Positions 48,401 to 59,959 of a stretch of 64,000 nt of DNA are shown piece by piece. The stretch covers positions 81,175,752 to 81,239,751 of the forward strand of contig NC_133623.1 of the NCBI RefSeq assembly GCF_048593235.1, given 5' to 3'. Made by a program: the position numbers and the translations under genes. Position 1 is the first letter of the stretch. Each line of letters opens with the position of its first letter. Source of the DNA: Sminthopsis crassicaudata (taxonomy: Eukaryota). The notes beneath the pieces were generated by a model, which had not been told where the DNA came from, did no database searches, and saw only the letters and a program-made list of their open reading frames with translations.

Positions 48401-51400
48401 AGGTCCAGGTTATGCTTTGATAATAATTGTGAGGAAAACAGGAATATACAGGAAAAAAGAAGTAAAGAGGATGATTTAGAGGTAGGGAAGACTCAGGGAG
48501 TCCTAAACAAGTCCTAAGTCAGAAATAAAATAAACCCTAAGGATAAACAAAAATATCTGTAGCTCTTTCTAAAGTAGCAGATAAAGCAATCTGAGGGGGT
48601 GCCCATATAAATTGGAGAATAGATGAACCAATGAGGGTAGAAAATGGATGTTGTGCTGAGTGCTTAACTGTAGAATGACCAAGCAGAATTCAGAAGACAA
48701 ATGACCCCCCCCCCAAAAGAGTGCACATCAAGACCACTTTTTGGACTGGTCAATGAAGGGCATGACTGGGCTAAAACTTTTGGTAGGGCAAGGGGAAAAA
48801 AAGGAAGTCATATATTAGCCAATTAAAAATCAAAAATTATAGCATAATATTATTATACATAGTTATTATATAATAATATAGTATTATGAGGTTTTTGTTA
48901 TGATACACTATTAACTATAAATTTATAATGCATAACAAAAACCTCATAATAAACACAAATAACAAATAACAAAATTTTAAAGATATTATTTCCTATCTAC
49001 ATACATCCTTTTACAAAAGCTGTTAGCTATGCCTGGAATGCATTCCTTCCTCACCTCTGCTGGTTCCAATTGAAATTTCCTACCAAGTTCAACTCTTCCC
49101 AATCCTGTCAACTGGTCCTGGCTGCCCACCTGACCCCCAAATCTTGCATTTCATTGTCTGGGCAAATGTTCTATTCCCTTCCCAAAGGAAGATGAGCTCG
49201 TTGAGTCCAGGAATTGTTTTATCTTTGTCTTGGTATCCTTAGAGCTTAGCAAAGTGCCCGGCATGGGATAGCTGCTTTAATAAGTGCTTACTGATGGAAA
49301 ACAATTTGGAATGATGCAAACAAAGGGATTAAAATGTCCATACCCTTGGATTTGGAAAGCCCATGACTAGGCTTCTATCCCAAAGAGGTCACCAACAAAA
49401 AGAATGTCTTCACATACTGCCAAATCTGTACAGCAGCAATTTTTGTACTATCGAAGAACTGGGAAGTAAATGGATCGCTCAAATGGGCACCGACTCCACA
49501 AACTGTGGGACATGAATACCACGGGATAGTCTTGCTATAGGAGAAATAAATATGCTGAATATAGAGAAGCAGGCAAACTGTGACATAAAATCGTGACAGA
49601 GTGATATCCCAAATGAACAATGGTGTAAACATTTTAAATAAAATATCAGCAAAATGAATAATGAGAATAAGCAGACACACAGAAAAAGAAACTAAATGAT
49701 CACTTCTGGTACATATAGTCATCATATGACTATATGTCTATATATGACTATACTTAAGAGTATCCCACAATCCACTAAAACTTAATCAAGATGATAAATT
49801 TAGCAAATGTGAAGGCTATAAAATAAATCCACATAAATTATCAGCATTTCTGTTACCAAAAAATATCCAGTCAGAAGAGACAGAAAGAGAACTTTCATTT
49901 AAAATAATTATCAAATGAATAATTGGGACCTAAGTCAGAATGACACATACCCAGGAACTATTAGAATATAAAACTGTTTAGAGAAATAATGACAGACTTA
50001 AGTATTGGAAAGGCCAAGAGAGTGCAGCTAGGTGGTGCAGTGAGCAGAGCACCAGGTCTGGAGTCAGGAAGATGAGTTCAAGTTTGGCTTCAGATACTTC
50101 CTAGCTGTGTGACCCTGGGTCAGGCACTTCATCCTGTTTGCCTCAGTTTCTTCATCTATAAAATGAGCTGGAGAAGAAAATGGCAAAGCACTCTAGTACT
50201 TCTGCTTAGAAAACCCCAAATGGGGTCTAGGAAGAGTCAGTCATGACAAACAACTGCACAACAAGAGAGCAAACGAATAAAATAATGCGACTACTATCTA
50301 AATGAACTTGTTCACTGCTTTGCAAATAAAACTGAAGAAAAAAAAATAAAAAGGAAATTCATTTGGAGGGACAAAAAGTAAAGTATTTCAAAAGAAATCA
50401 TGACCCAAAAAGTGGGAAGGAAGGGGGCCTAGGAGCAGCAGTCTTACATTACAAAGCAGTAATCATTAAAATAATTGAATAATTAAAGAATGACGGAAGG
50501 GTCCCTAAGTAGAAGAAATTAGCTAGAAAAAAAGAAAGCTGGTAGTTTAGGACTGACTACGAGGGCCTCTGAAATAGAGAGCAGTCTAGCTTGGATCAAT
50601 ATCCCAGGCCATATGATGAGAGAAGCTCTGAATGGATACAAGATAGAAAAGGTATCTGGAAAGAAAAGTTATTTCCAAGAACAAGAACCCCAAAAAAACC
50701 CCTTTCAGGTATAGGGACAGGAGAAGACTTCAGAACCAAATAAAGGAGAGGGGTGATTGCAGAAGGCAAAATGGATTATTTTGATTCAGTAAAATTAAGT
50801 TTTGGCACAAACAAATAAGGTAACCTCAATCGGAATGGAAATATTTGTGTGTAGGGGGAAGAACTTTGAACAAAGGTCTCATTTTCAAGATATAAAAGAA
50901 TCTGACTCAAATTTATAAGAATAAAAGCCATTCTTAGCCCAAGTAATAAATGGGCAAAGAATAGGAATAGGTAGTCTGCAAAGGAAGAAAACTAAGCTAC
51001 TGGGAATGACAGAAGAAAAAAAAAATGGCCCAAATCCCTAATAAGTGGGGAAATACAAATGAAAGTAACTCTGAGGATCTCCCTCACATCCAGCAGACTG
51101 GCAAAGTTAACAAAACCCCAAAGAATGACCAGTTCCAGAAGGGGTGAGTTCCTCCTTCACCCCGCAGCCTGTTCAGGAATTCGGAGAGTCCCTTATGTGC
51201 CCACAATCTATTAGCTTTTCACCTCTCCTGCCTTCCTTTAGCAAACCCTAATTTTGGTCTGAACTGTGACCCTTCATTAGCTTAGGGAGAGCCCGCCCTC
51301 TCCTCTTCTGCCCATTGTCTCCTTCCTAAACAAGGTCAAGTCTAGCCAGGCCTCCCCCTGAGTCCTTCCAGCCTTTATCATACACCCCTGATTACTCCCA

Positions 51401-54400
51401 GCCAAGCTTCAGCCTTGGGTCACTCCCCCACCATTCCTCCCATTCTCTCCTCCAGTCTAGCCTCCGGGAACAAAGGTAGAGAAAACCATGCAGCTGTTCG
51501 GACGGGTCCGCTACAAATGAACTTACCCAACCTCACTTCTCCCCGCCCCCCCCTCCTACACAAGACTCTCTCCAAACCTTCTCAGCCCTCCTCATACCTG
51601 CCAGGCTCTCCTGCCCCCTCTTCCCCCCCTGAGAACTGAATCCTGCCTTCCGGTTCACAAAAACCTGAGACCGTTCCGTGAGCCCTTCTCTTCCCACCTT
51701 CAACTTCAGACACTTAATACTTCCTAGCTGTGCGACCCTGGGCAAGTCACTTAATCCTAATTGCGTCAGCTAGAGAGAGAGGAAAAAACAAGATCAAGTA
51801 ACAAGGGGTAGCAGGATGGCCACTGGGCCATCCATCCATAGAGTACCGGATCTGGAGTCAGGAGGACCTGACATCAAATCCAGCCTCAGACGCTGGACGC
51901 TTCTTAGCTGCACTGGACTCTGGGAAAGTCACTTAACCTCAACTGCCTTGCAAAAATAAAAAAAAAATAGCACTTCTACCCATTCCTCTCTTTCACTTTT
52001 TTGGTTTAAAAAAAAATAGCACTTCTACCCATTCCTCTCTTTCACTTTTTGGGCTTTAAAAAAAAAAATAGCACTTCTACCCATTCCTCTCTTTCACTTT
52101 TTGGGCTTTAAAAAAAAAAATAGCACTTCTACCCATTCCTCTCTTTCACTTTTTTGGTTTAAAAAAAAATAGCACTTCTATCCATTCCTCTCTTTCACTT
52201 TTTTGGTTTAAAAAAAAAAATAGCACTTCTACCCATTCCTCTCTTTCACTTTTTTGGCTTTAAAAAAAAAAAATAGCACTTCTACCCATTCCTCTTTCAC
52301 TTTTTTGGTTTAAAAAAAAATAGCACTTCTACCCATTCCTCTCTTTCACTTTTTTGGTTTAAAAAAAAAATAGCACTTCTACCCATTCCTCTTTCACTTT
52401 TTTGGTTTAAAAAAAAATAGCACTTCTACCCATTCCTCTCTTTCACTTTTTGGGCTTTAAAAAAAAAAAAATAGCACTTCTACCCATTCCTCTCTTTCAC
52501 TTTTTTGGTTTAAAAAAAAATAGCACTTCTACCCATTCCTCTCTTTCACTTTTTGGGCTTTAAAAAAAAAAAAAATAGCACTTCTACCCATTCCTCTCTT
52601 TCACTTTTTTGGTTTAAAAAAAAAATAGCACTTCTACCCATTTCTCTCTTTCACTTTTTTGGCTTTTAACTAGACTTGGGATTTCACTTGGTCAGGAAGC
52701 TCCCTAGGAGGCCCTCTATCAATATGGGCAGCATGGAGCCCCTATCAAAGGCATTGCCTATTTTACTCTTATGGCAACATAATTTTTTTTGCTTTTTCCT
52801 AAAACTCAAAGGGGAGAATCCAATAGAGTAATCTAGGACAATCTGAGCAGAGAGGGAATTTTCAGATATAGGTATGTATACGTTACGTTGTGTACGGAGA
52901 TAATACACATAATAATCCATTTTTATGCTCTTAAATTAACCTCAGATGTGTATTTTAAAAGTACTTAATATTTTAATGTGTCCCCCAAATTGTCGTTTTT
53001 CCATTAAAAAACGAATTTTCCCTTCCAGCTCGCCAGCCATTTCTAGTTGTAATTGGCAATATTGTGGTCCCTTTTCCCCTCATTTTCGCCCTTCCCCTTT
53101 GCCTCTTCCTCTGGAGTCCGATTTCTTAAATTGGGACTGAATAACTGAGGGGGGGGGGAGGTGTCGCCAAATTCTGACTTAGCATCAGTAAATGTTTGAG
53201 TTCTTTGCCTGTTTTATCTCCCAACACACCCCAGGTCACCAGGATCGGTCAGGTGAAAAAGGATCGGGAGTAAAATCGTTTAAAAAGTAAGAAGCTGGGG
53301 CTGGAGCCGGGCCCGCTGCTTGTTGCCATGGATTCTTTAGAAATGCCCAAGCCCACTTCAAGGCTCCCAGCTGCCCCAGCCGGCGGGCTCGCTCGGGGAA
53401 TGTACCCAGGTGCCCCCTCCAAGTTTCCCGGAGAGCGCCGGCGGGCTCCCTCCCCGGCCCCGCTCAAACAGCGTGGGGAGGGGGAGGGAGGAGATTAGCT
53501 GAGCTTCCTCGCCATGACCCTGGGATTTTCAGACTTTGCAAAACATGCTGCCCCCTGCCCCCCGGGCTCTAGCTGCCCCCCAAAGGATATTTCTGCTTCC
53601 AGAGAAGCAGCAGAAAGCTGCTCAGGAGAAATCTCCACTCGATCCTTCCTCTTATCTGAACGTCTCAGCACGATGACAGAATAGATGTAGACAATCTTGC
53701 TGGCTTCCACCTAGAGAAAAGCCCCCAAAAGCCATGAGTCCCCTTACTTCCAAAGCCAAAATTCCGTCTTTTGCTCTCAGAAGAAAAACAAATATCGAGC
53801 CCATTCAGATAGAGAATCAAGCTCTTTGGAAACATTTACCAACGTTTAACAAATCTGAGCCTCGGAGCGCTTCGGGAGGAAGAAGAGGGCTTTGCTTAAG
53901 GGAACTTAAAATGCCCGAGTCTAGGCGGGTCACCGACGGGAAAAACACGTGGAGGCAATTGGAAGGGGCGGGGGCTTGCACCTCGGAGTGGTGAAATGGC
54001 CTGGGGCCTGGGGCAGCCCTTCCCCGCTTTTTAAACACTTCGGATTAGGAAAAATCAATTCTACTGAAATAATCGTGCAATTTTTTCTTACATCCAACCA
54101 TTTTTTTTTTTTTTTTCTTTTCTGAAAACAAGTTCCCTGATGGTGGTTAAGAATCCCTGCCACAGAATAAACATTGTGGAGAATTCGGAAGGCACAGAAC
54201 CTTAGGGCGAGGGCTGAGCCCCAAGGAGCGGGAGAGTGGCGCGGGGGTGGGCCGCCCAGGAAGAAGCCTGGGGCGAAATTCAGTGGGGGGCCAAAGAACG
54301 CGTCTGGGGAGTGGTAAAGCATTGAATTAGGGAAATCAGGGGAAATGGGTTAAAGGTGGTGGTGAAGGCCAGACGGCGAGGGCCTCAAATATCAAGCTAA

Positions 54401-55792
54401 GGAAAGGGACGAAGCCGAAGATCGGGGTTTTTAAATGAAGGGCTGATAGTGGTATCCAGCACTCTAATCTCCATTCTACAGGTATGGATAAGCACACTCC
54501 GACGGGGGCGGGGCTCTGACCGACCAGGGCTTTAAGGTCTGTAGGTCTCACTTCGGCATTTCGTATTCAAAGTAGAAACTTACTGAGTGATTGCTAAAGA
54601 GAACCAAAAATGTTTTTTAAATAACATCAATAAACGTTTTAAAAAAGGAAAAACCATATATTATTTATTGTTCGTCTTCTTTATTTTCCTCATGCGCGTA
54701 CTTGGGAAGATTTAATCGAACCACAAAAGCTTAGCTAGACCTCCTGAGCAGCCATCGCTGGGGGGGAGGGGGGAGGGGGGAAGATGGGGGGGGGATGCGG
54801 GGGAGGGGGAATGAGTGAATGCGAGGGGAGAGAGAATTGGGGTGGGAAGCGGTGTGGGGGGGAAGATGCAGAGCACGAGCAGAATGTGGAGGACCAGAGA
54901 GGGGAGGGGGAGAGCGCGAGGCGAGGGGAGGGGAAGAGCAGAGAGAGCGGGAGGAGGGGGCTCGGAGGCCGGCAGCTCCCACCGCACCACGCAAGGCTGG
55001 CCTAGGTCTGGGGCTCAGTGAGAGCTGTGAGTATGGGGGTGCTGCCCCCCGCTCCCTGCAGCAAAAAAGGGCTCGGCCCCCCCCCGCGTCCCATCCAGAA
55101 GCGGCACCGCCCCCCCTCCGGCCGGACCTCCCCGGCTCAGCCGGATGAGGGCAGGGGGGCCCAAGGGCCCGGGGCCGCCCCCACCCTAAGGCGGCCTGAT
55201 CTAAGGTCGCCCTGGCTCCCAGGTCCGGGCGCCCCACCCCGTGGAAGGTGGGGGCGGGGAGAAACGGCCCGGTCCGGCGGGGGGGTCGGAGTCAGCCGAC
55301 CCAAGCTTCGCCGCCCCCACCCGGCCCCACTCCCTCCGGACGGACCTACACGCGCCACGCGCCCCCCGCCCCGTCTGGGCCTCTGCAGGTTACCCTACTG
55401 CGCCTCAGCCGCAGGGGAGGGTGGGGCGGCCGAAGGTTCCACCGGCCCACACCGTCCCCCCCGCCCCCACTGGACGCGTCTTCGGCTACCCCAGCCCCGC
55501 CCCCGTCGGAGACCCCCCCCCACTCCACCCCACCCCCATCGGCAGCCCCCCTTCACCTTCTCTACCCCTCCCCCCGTTCGGTCGGGCCGCCCCACCCCGG
55601 TATGGGGGGGGTGGCCACAAGCAGCCGGAGGAACTAAGAGTTAGCCATATAGCCCCCCGGCGCCGCCCCAAGTTCCGAACCCCTCACCTCGCCGAGGCAG
55701 AGCCCCATGACCTCCTCCTTTTCAGTGCTGAGGGCATGGTTGAGGGCCACCAAGAAGGCGTCCGAATGGAGGTGCACCGCCAGCACGGCCAT
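30260..55792 (-). CDS. BRCC3: BRCC3 (BRCC36) Lys-63-specific JAMM deubiquitinase, 8 coding exons, 261 aa
   Basis: Exons 55688-55792, 53591-53710, 42156-42243, 40710-40798, 39878-39933, 35120-35251, 32956-32999, 30260-30411 total 786 nt. JAMM motif WYHSHPHITVWPSHVD and EKEEVMG are intact. Ends ...EKMALQEELDSLD*. Confidence 0.97.
32956..32999 (-). CDS. BRCC3: BRCC3 exon 7
   Basis: (S)LTHLDAVTKIHNGS; 44 nt. Confidence 0.95.
35120..35251 (-). CDS. BRCC3: BRCC3 exon 6
   Basis: YERVDIPLHVLPQDTMGKASLEAAIELPRILCQEEQDAYRKIH; 132 nt. Confidence 0.96.
39878..39933 (-). CDS. BRCC3: BRCC3 exon 5
   Basis: TGRILYTCFQSIQAQKGSE; 56 nt. Confidence 0.96.
40710..40798 (-). CDS. BRCC3: BRCC3 exon 4
   Basis: DIRTQAMYQMMDQSFVGLIFSCFIEDKNAK; 89 nt. 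Confidence 0.96.
42156..42243 (-). CDS. BRCC3: BRCC3 exon 3 (JAMM HxH)
   Basis: RLTELTGHPMRVVGWYHSHPHITVWPSHV; preceded by AC acceptor. Confidence 0.96.
43586..43722 (-). mobile_element. Same SINE family, antisense copy
   Basis: Reverse complement nearly identical to 5208-5345; imperfect TSD CTAAG..GAGCTC. Confidence 0.85.
46086..46225 (-). mobile_element. CORE-SINE copy
   Basis: GGGCAGCTAGGTAATGCAGTGGGTAGAGCACC...GAGTTCAAATCTGGCCTCAGAC on - strand. Confidence 0.8.
48321..48378. repeat. (ATT)n-AGGA short tandem repeat
   Basis: ATTATTAGGAATT units. Confidence 0.85.
50030..50265 (+). mobile_element. Mar1-like CORE-SINE with RTE-type tail, inserted in L1 remnant
   Basis: tRNA head, CORE, then GAGAAGAAAATGGCAAAGCACTCTAGTA...AAAACCCCAAATGGGG tail. 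Confidence 0.7.
51807..51965 (+). mobile_element. CORE-SINE whose A-tail runs into the 50-bp minisatellite
   Basis: GGAGTCAGGAGGACCTGACATCAAATCCAGCCTCAGA...AAAGTCACTTAACCTCAACTGCCTTGC-A tail. Confidence 0.75.
51962..52668. repeat. Minisatellite, 14 copies of about 50 bp, (A)8-13 TAGCACTTCTACCCATTCCTCTCTTTCAC(T)5-6 GG(G/C)TTT
   Basis: TAGCACTTC at 51968, 52017, 52069, 52121, 52170, 52221, 52274, 52321, 52371, 52418, 52472, 52521, 52576, 52626. Confidence 0.98.
53591..53710 (-). CDS. BRCC3: BRCC3 exon 2
   Basis: VEASKIVYIYSVIVLRRSDKRKDRVEISPEQLSAASLEAE; followed by U12 donor ATATCCTTT. Confidence 0.96.
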
Positions 55793-56760
55793 CTTGGATT
55801 GGCCCCGGCGCGCGCCGGTAGCCCGCCCCCTTTATTACTGAGGCGCTCGCGTGCCCAACCCGCCACTCGCCCCCGAGTGCCAGAGCAGCCGGTCGTGACC
55901 CGCAGAGCTCTCTCTCTCTCGGCAGAGCGGCAGCGCTGCGAGCGTGACCGTGCGGCTGTGTCGGCCCTTAGCGACCCGCTTCGGCTTCCCTCTCTTCTTC
56001 CCGTGTGTCGGCCCGGATCGGCGGCGCAGCCAGCCACCCAACGGGTCCGTGCGAGCCCCGGGGGGGGAGGCAGTCGGGATGTCCGGGGTGGTGGTGGTGG
56101 GGGGGGGTTCGGGGACGCCTCGGAGGCGGGCCCGGGGGAGGAGAGAGGGTTGGCGGAGGCGGACCGTGGGGCCGGGCGGGCGGTGGGAGCAGGGGGACGA
56201 AAGTGGGGGGGGGGCGGCAGCCAGCGGCGGCGGGGTCAGGGGGGAGGACGCGGAGGGGGGGCGGCGGCCGGCGGCCGGCGGCCTGGTGGGAGGCGGGCCG
56301 CGGGGTGGGGACTTGAGGCGGAGGCGAGGCCCGGGGACAGACGAGGCCCGAGGTGGGCGGGCGGGGTAGGAGGCCCTAAGGTGTGCTTGGTGAACTTTGA
56401 GGCTCCAGCGGAGCTGGGCATTTTAGAAAGGGAGGCGGCCGGGCGCCTGGCGCCAGGCCGCCCTGGTTGCCTAGACTCAGACTAGGCGAGGTGGGTTCTA
56501 GAACTTTCCTTTCTCCTCAGCACCCGCTGACGTTCCCTCCCCCTCGGAAGCCCTTCCCGCGCTTTTACGTTCGGCCTCGTGCGGCCTCGCGGGCCTCCGC
56601 CCCTCCCCCTCCCTCAGGCCTGGAATGTTGCGCGCGGCCCCGTTCCCGGCCCCCAGGCGCGCGTGCGCGCGAGCCCCCGGCCCCCACCTCCCCATTCCCA
56701 CCCCCCCCTTGCTGAGGGGCGCGGACCCCTTTCTTTTCTAAGAGATTAGTCAGGCTCGGG
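54700..56760. promoter_or_regulatory. Bidirectional CpG-island promoter of BRCC3 (-) and MTCP1/CMC4 (+)
   Basis: CpG-rich, GC boxes, AAGATGGCC YY1-like motif spanning the BRCC3 ATG; same head-to-head arrangement as human. The shared non-coding first exon of MTCP1/CMC4 is expected at about 55900-56400 but I could not fix its boundaries. Confidence 0.8.
55688..55792 (-). CDS. BRCC3: BRCC3 exon 1
   Basis: MAVLAVHLHSDAFLVALNHALSTEKEEVMGLCLGE; donor GTGAGG. Confidence 0.96.
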
Positions 56761-59606
56761 GTTCAAGGCTTGTCCCCTCCCCCCAAGATTGTCACTTCGA
56801 GTTATGAGGGGAGAGAGGAGCCATTCTATCAGGTTTCTTTTGGCCCGGTTAACCGAGAAACAGGTGGCATTTATTAAAGAATCTCCTTGTTGTGTCTTGG
56901 GGAGGGGAAGAGGAGGAAAAGGGAGTGGCCCGGGGTGTGAGGGATCACATCGAACTTGGGGACCTTTTCCTCAGGATGTTTGGCTTGAGGGGTCCCCACC
57001 ACCCCTCCCCTCTTGATTCAAGAAGTCTGGAAGGTGCTTCTGAATCTGAGTGTAGCTTTGGAAATGGGCCCTTGGGGTCTAGAGTCTAGGGACAGGTGAG
57101 GATTTTAGCACAACGCCCCGATTCATCTCATTTTCTTCTTAGATCTTGGAGGTCAGGTAGGTTCTACAGTATTGGGAAGGATGAGATAAAGGAAGAGCTT
57201 CCCAGTTTGCTGGTAGTCTTTCTTCTTTTCTCCAAGTCGGTTTCAAATCAGATTTCTATTCTCCCTTTGGACTTGGGGCAAGAAACGTCCTTTTGGTTTT
57301 CTGAAAAGATCAAGATTCTTGGCACACGAGCTTATTAAAGATCCCATGGCACTTTGTTCAGGATTTGAGGACATCAGTGGTAACAGCAGTTGAACCCCCA
57401 AAGTGTGTCTCTGCAGGGGGCCACCTAAATTTCCTCTCAGGTTCCCCATCTAAAACAACTGTGCCAACTCTTCTATGAATGTAAGAGGTGACTACTTTTG
57501 GGTCGTGGATAATTTTACTTTGTAAAATGTTTAGATATATTCAGGATGAGAATATAATTATTAATTAGTTTATAACTATAATTAATATATTAGCATATAA
57601 TTAATAGGTTTTATATATATATATATATATAAATAGTCTACTACAGTCCATTTTTATTCCAAAATTATATTCAGTAACTTTCAATGCATGTATATAATGT
57701 GGTTTTTCTCAACTTGAATTATTTATGTATTGTACAATCATAAAATTGTCTGGTGGTTAAGATTCAATAATCAATTCAGTTGGACCAATTTAATAATGAT
57801 TCGATTCAATAAAAGTATTTTAATTATTTATTCTTCAAAGAAAATAAGTATATTTGACTGTTAAACATTAGTAATTGTAGCTAAAATTTTGCAAATTTAA
57901 AGTAGCTTTTTAATTGTAAAACAACAACAACCAAAAAAAAAAAAAAAATCAAATGAATTGTAGAGAGGAAAGGAAGCCTTTACCTAAGTCATTTAAGTTT
58001 AACTAACACAAGATTTGAAACAAATACTAGATGTCAGACAGAAGAGCAGTGTGTCTTATCTAACACCTTCTTTGATGTCCCCTCAAGCAGTTAGGGATTT
58101 CCCTATACATCCCCACTTTGTTTTAGTGATTCATTATGAATATGAAATATCCTTGAATTTATCTAACTTCTTCTTGAATCTCTTTGTCTTAATCCTCTAC
58201 TTGGAGAAGCAGCATAACATGACGGAATAGCAGTTGTCTGGCAATCAGGAGGCCTGGCCCTCTAGTCCTGTCACTAGATATTGAACCTTAGGCAAGTCAT
58301 GTTATCTCATAGACCCCAGTTTCCTCATCCATCAAATGTGATAGAGTAGGACAAGAGGGCGGCTCTGAGGTCTCTTCCAGTTTGAACATTTTCTGATTCT
58401 ATTTCTCCAGATAGCATTCCTTCCTCTCTGCTTCCTTCTCTGGCTGTGGAACACTGTTCCACACTGTTCTGGCCCTTTTCTTCCTTTATTTTCATTCTTA
58501 GGGCCACAAGCATCATCTCACTGTGCACAATTCCCAAATCTCTAGCTCCAGTTCATAGCTTTTCTGACTTCCAGTATCTTGTCTCCAGTTCTCTTTTAAC
58601 ACACTGGATACCCCATCAGACCCTCAAACTCAACTTGTTGAACAGCTTGGCATGACTTTTGATAGCAGATTACATACCTGTGGAACTAATTGAGCCTGCT
58701 CAGTCACAGGATCCAGTCATGGAGTGAGAAGCTGTTTGCTGTGGTGAAGAGTGCTGTGCTTAAGAAAGGCTCCATTAAAATCTCACTTTGTGACCATAAG
58801 CCATCATCTCCTTGTAAAATGGGAATCTTTATACCCATTGGATTTACCTTGAAATAGAAGTAATAGTTGTAGATATCAGGTGAGATAATGTAGGTAAAGT
58901 GCTGTATAAACATTAGCTGTTACTCTATTGGAGTCTTTCTAGCTTGAGATCTGTCAGAGCTTGATGGAGTTCTGCTTGTATGGTTTTGGGGATTTCAGTG
59001 TAAGGTGTCTTTTGCTCTTAAAAAAGAAAAATAGAAAGGCCATTCACACTGTCGGCCTGTCAGAATAGTAGCACTTTAGGATTTACGAAGTGGGATTTTT
59101 TTTGTGTGTGTGTGTGTGTGTGCCCCTGAATGAGGAAACAGCATCAGAGAAGCCTGCTAGTGTGCTCCAGGTTGTGAGGGTTAGGAGATGGAAATTCTCT
59201 AGTTCTGAAACCCAGGTTTCCTAATTTCATGTCTAGAGCTTGCGCCATTGTACTGTGCTGCTTTTCTAAGAAAGTCAGGAAAACAAGCTTATCATCTGTC
59301 CTTTAGAATGCCAGACTTGGCGGTTATAGAATGGTCCTCTCCTCCCCCACCTCCAGTAACTACAAGTATTGGTCACAAGTGGGAGGTATTTAGGGGCAGA
59401 CTCTAATCCCCAGAGCTGTTTGTCAGAGAACCGATTTGGCCACAGCCCACCTTCCCTTGCACATTTCCCAAGCTGCGCCGTCGCCGCCATTACCTGAGAA
59501 TGGGAGTGGTTGGTCTGCTAGAACAGTTGGTTTTCAGTGGGCTTCTAGTTTTCATTGTTGAATTTTAGGCTTCGCAAACAGGTATGACTTTAGCCGGCTC
59601 CTAGGT

Positions 59607-59803
59607 GAGGGGTTCTTAACCTTTATCATGGACCTCTTGGGCATTCTGGTGAAATCTTCTAGATCCCTCCCCAGCATCTTGTTTTTGGAATGCATAATAT
59701 AAGGATTACCAAGGAATTCAATTATATTGAAATCCAGTTATCAAAATAATAATAATTAATAATAAAAGAAGGCCAAGTTCAGATTCTTGGTTAAGAACCC
59801 CTG
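59607..59803. mobile_element. hAT (Charlie-type) MITE
   Basis: 15-bp TIRs GAGGGGTTCTTAACC / GGTTAAGAACCCCTG; 8-bp TSD TCCTAGGT / CCCTAGGT. Confidence 0.85.
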
Positions 59804-59959
59804 CCCTAGGTGATCTCTAGCGCCAGGTGTTGGTTTTCAGGTCTAATAGCTCACTCATAAATTCATTCAGACCCCAGAAATCACACTTGTGTCCTGGGCA
59901 TGGGTGCTGCAGACTTAGGTGGCCAAAAGCAATCTTAGAATTGGAACCCAAAGCCCAGA

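Larger units (their letters stand above)
46650..51130 (+). mobile_element. Fragmented L1 (5'UTR/ORF1 at about 46650-48300, ORF2 pieces at about 49300-51130), antisense to BRCC3
   Basis: ORF1-like purine-rich segment (AGCCACAGTTAGGATCAGCCACGATTTAGC; GATGAAAAGACCAGAACTGA); ORF2-like GCTATAAAATAAATCCACATAAA and CACATCCAGCAGACTGGCAAAG. Confidence 0.6.
42244..53590 (-). other. BRCC3: U12-type (minor spliceosome) AT-AC intron, BRCC3 intron 2, 11,347 nt
   Basis: 5' splice site ATATCCTTT (53590-53582), branch site TCCTTAAC (42263-42256), terminal AC (42245-42244); the join preserves EAE-RL. Confidence 0.95.

Noticed and set aside
51962-52668. CRISPR-like appearance of the regular repeat
   Set aside because: No unique spacers, eukaryotic context; it is a pure tandem repeat.
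55241-56485. 414-aa + strand ORF and the other long overlapping ORFs in the BRCC3 promoter
   Set aside because: Pro/Gly/Arg/Ala-rich by-products of a CpG island with few stop codons; no recognisable domain; overlaps BRCC3 exon 1 antisense.
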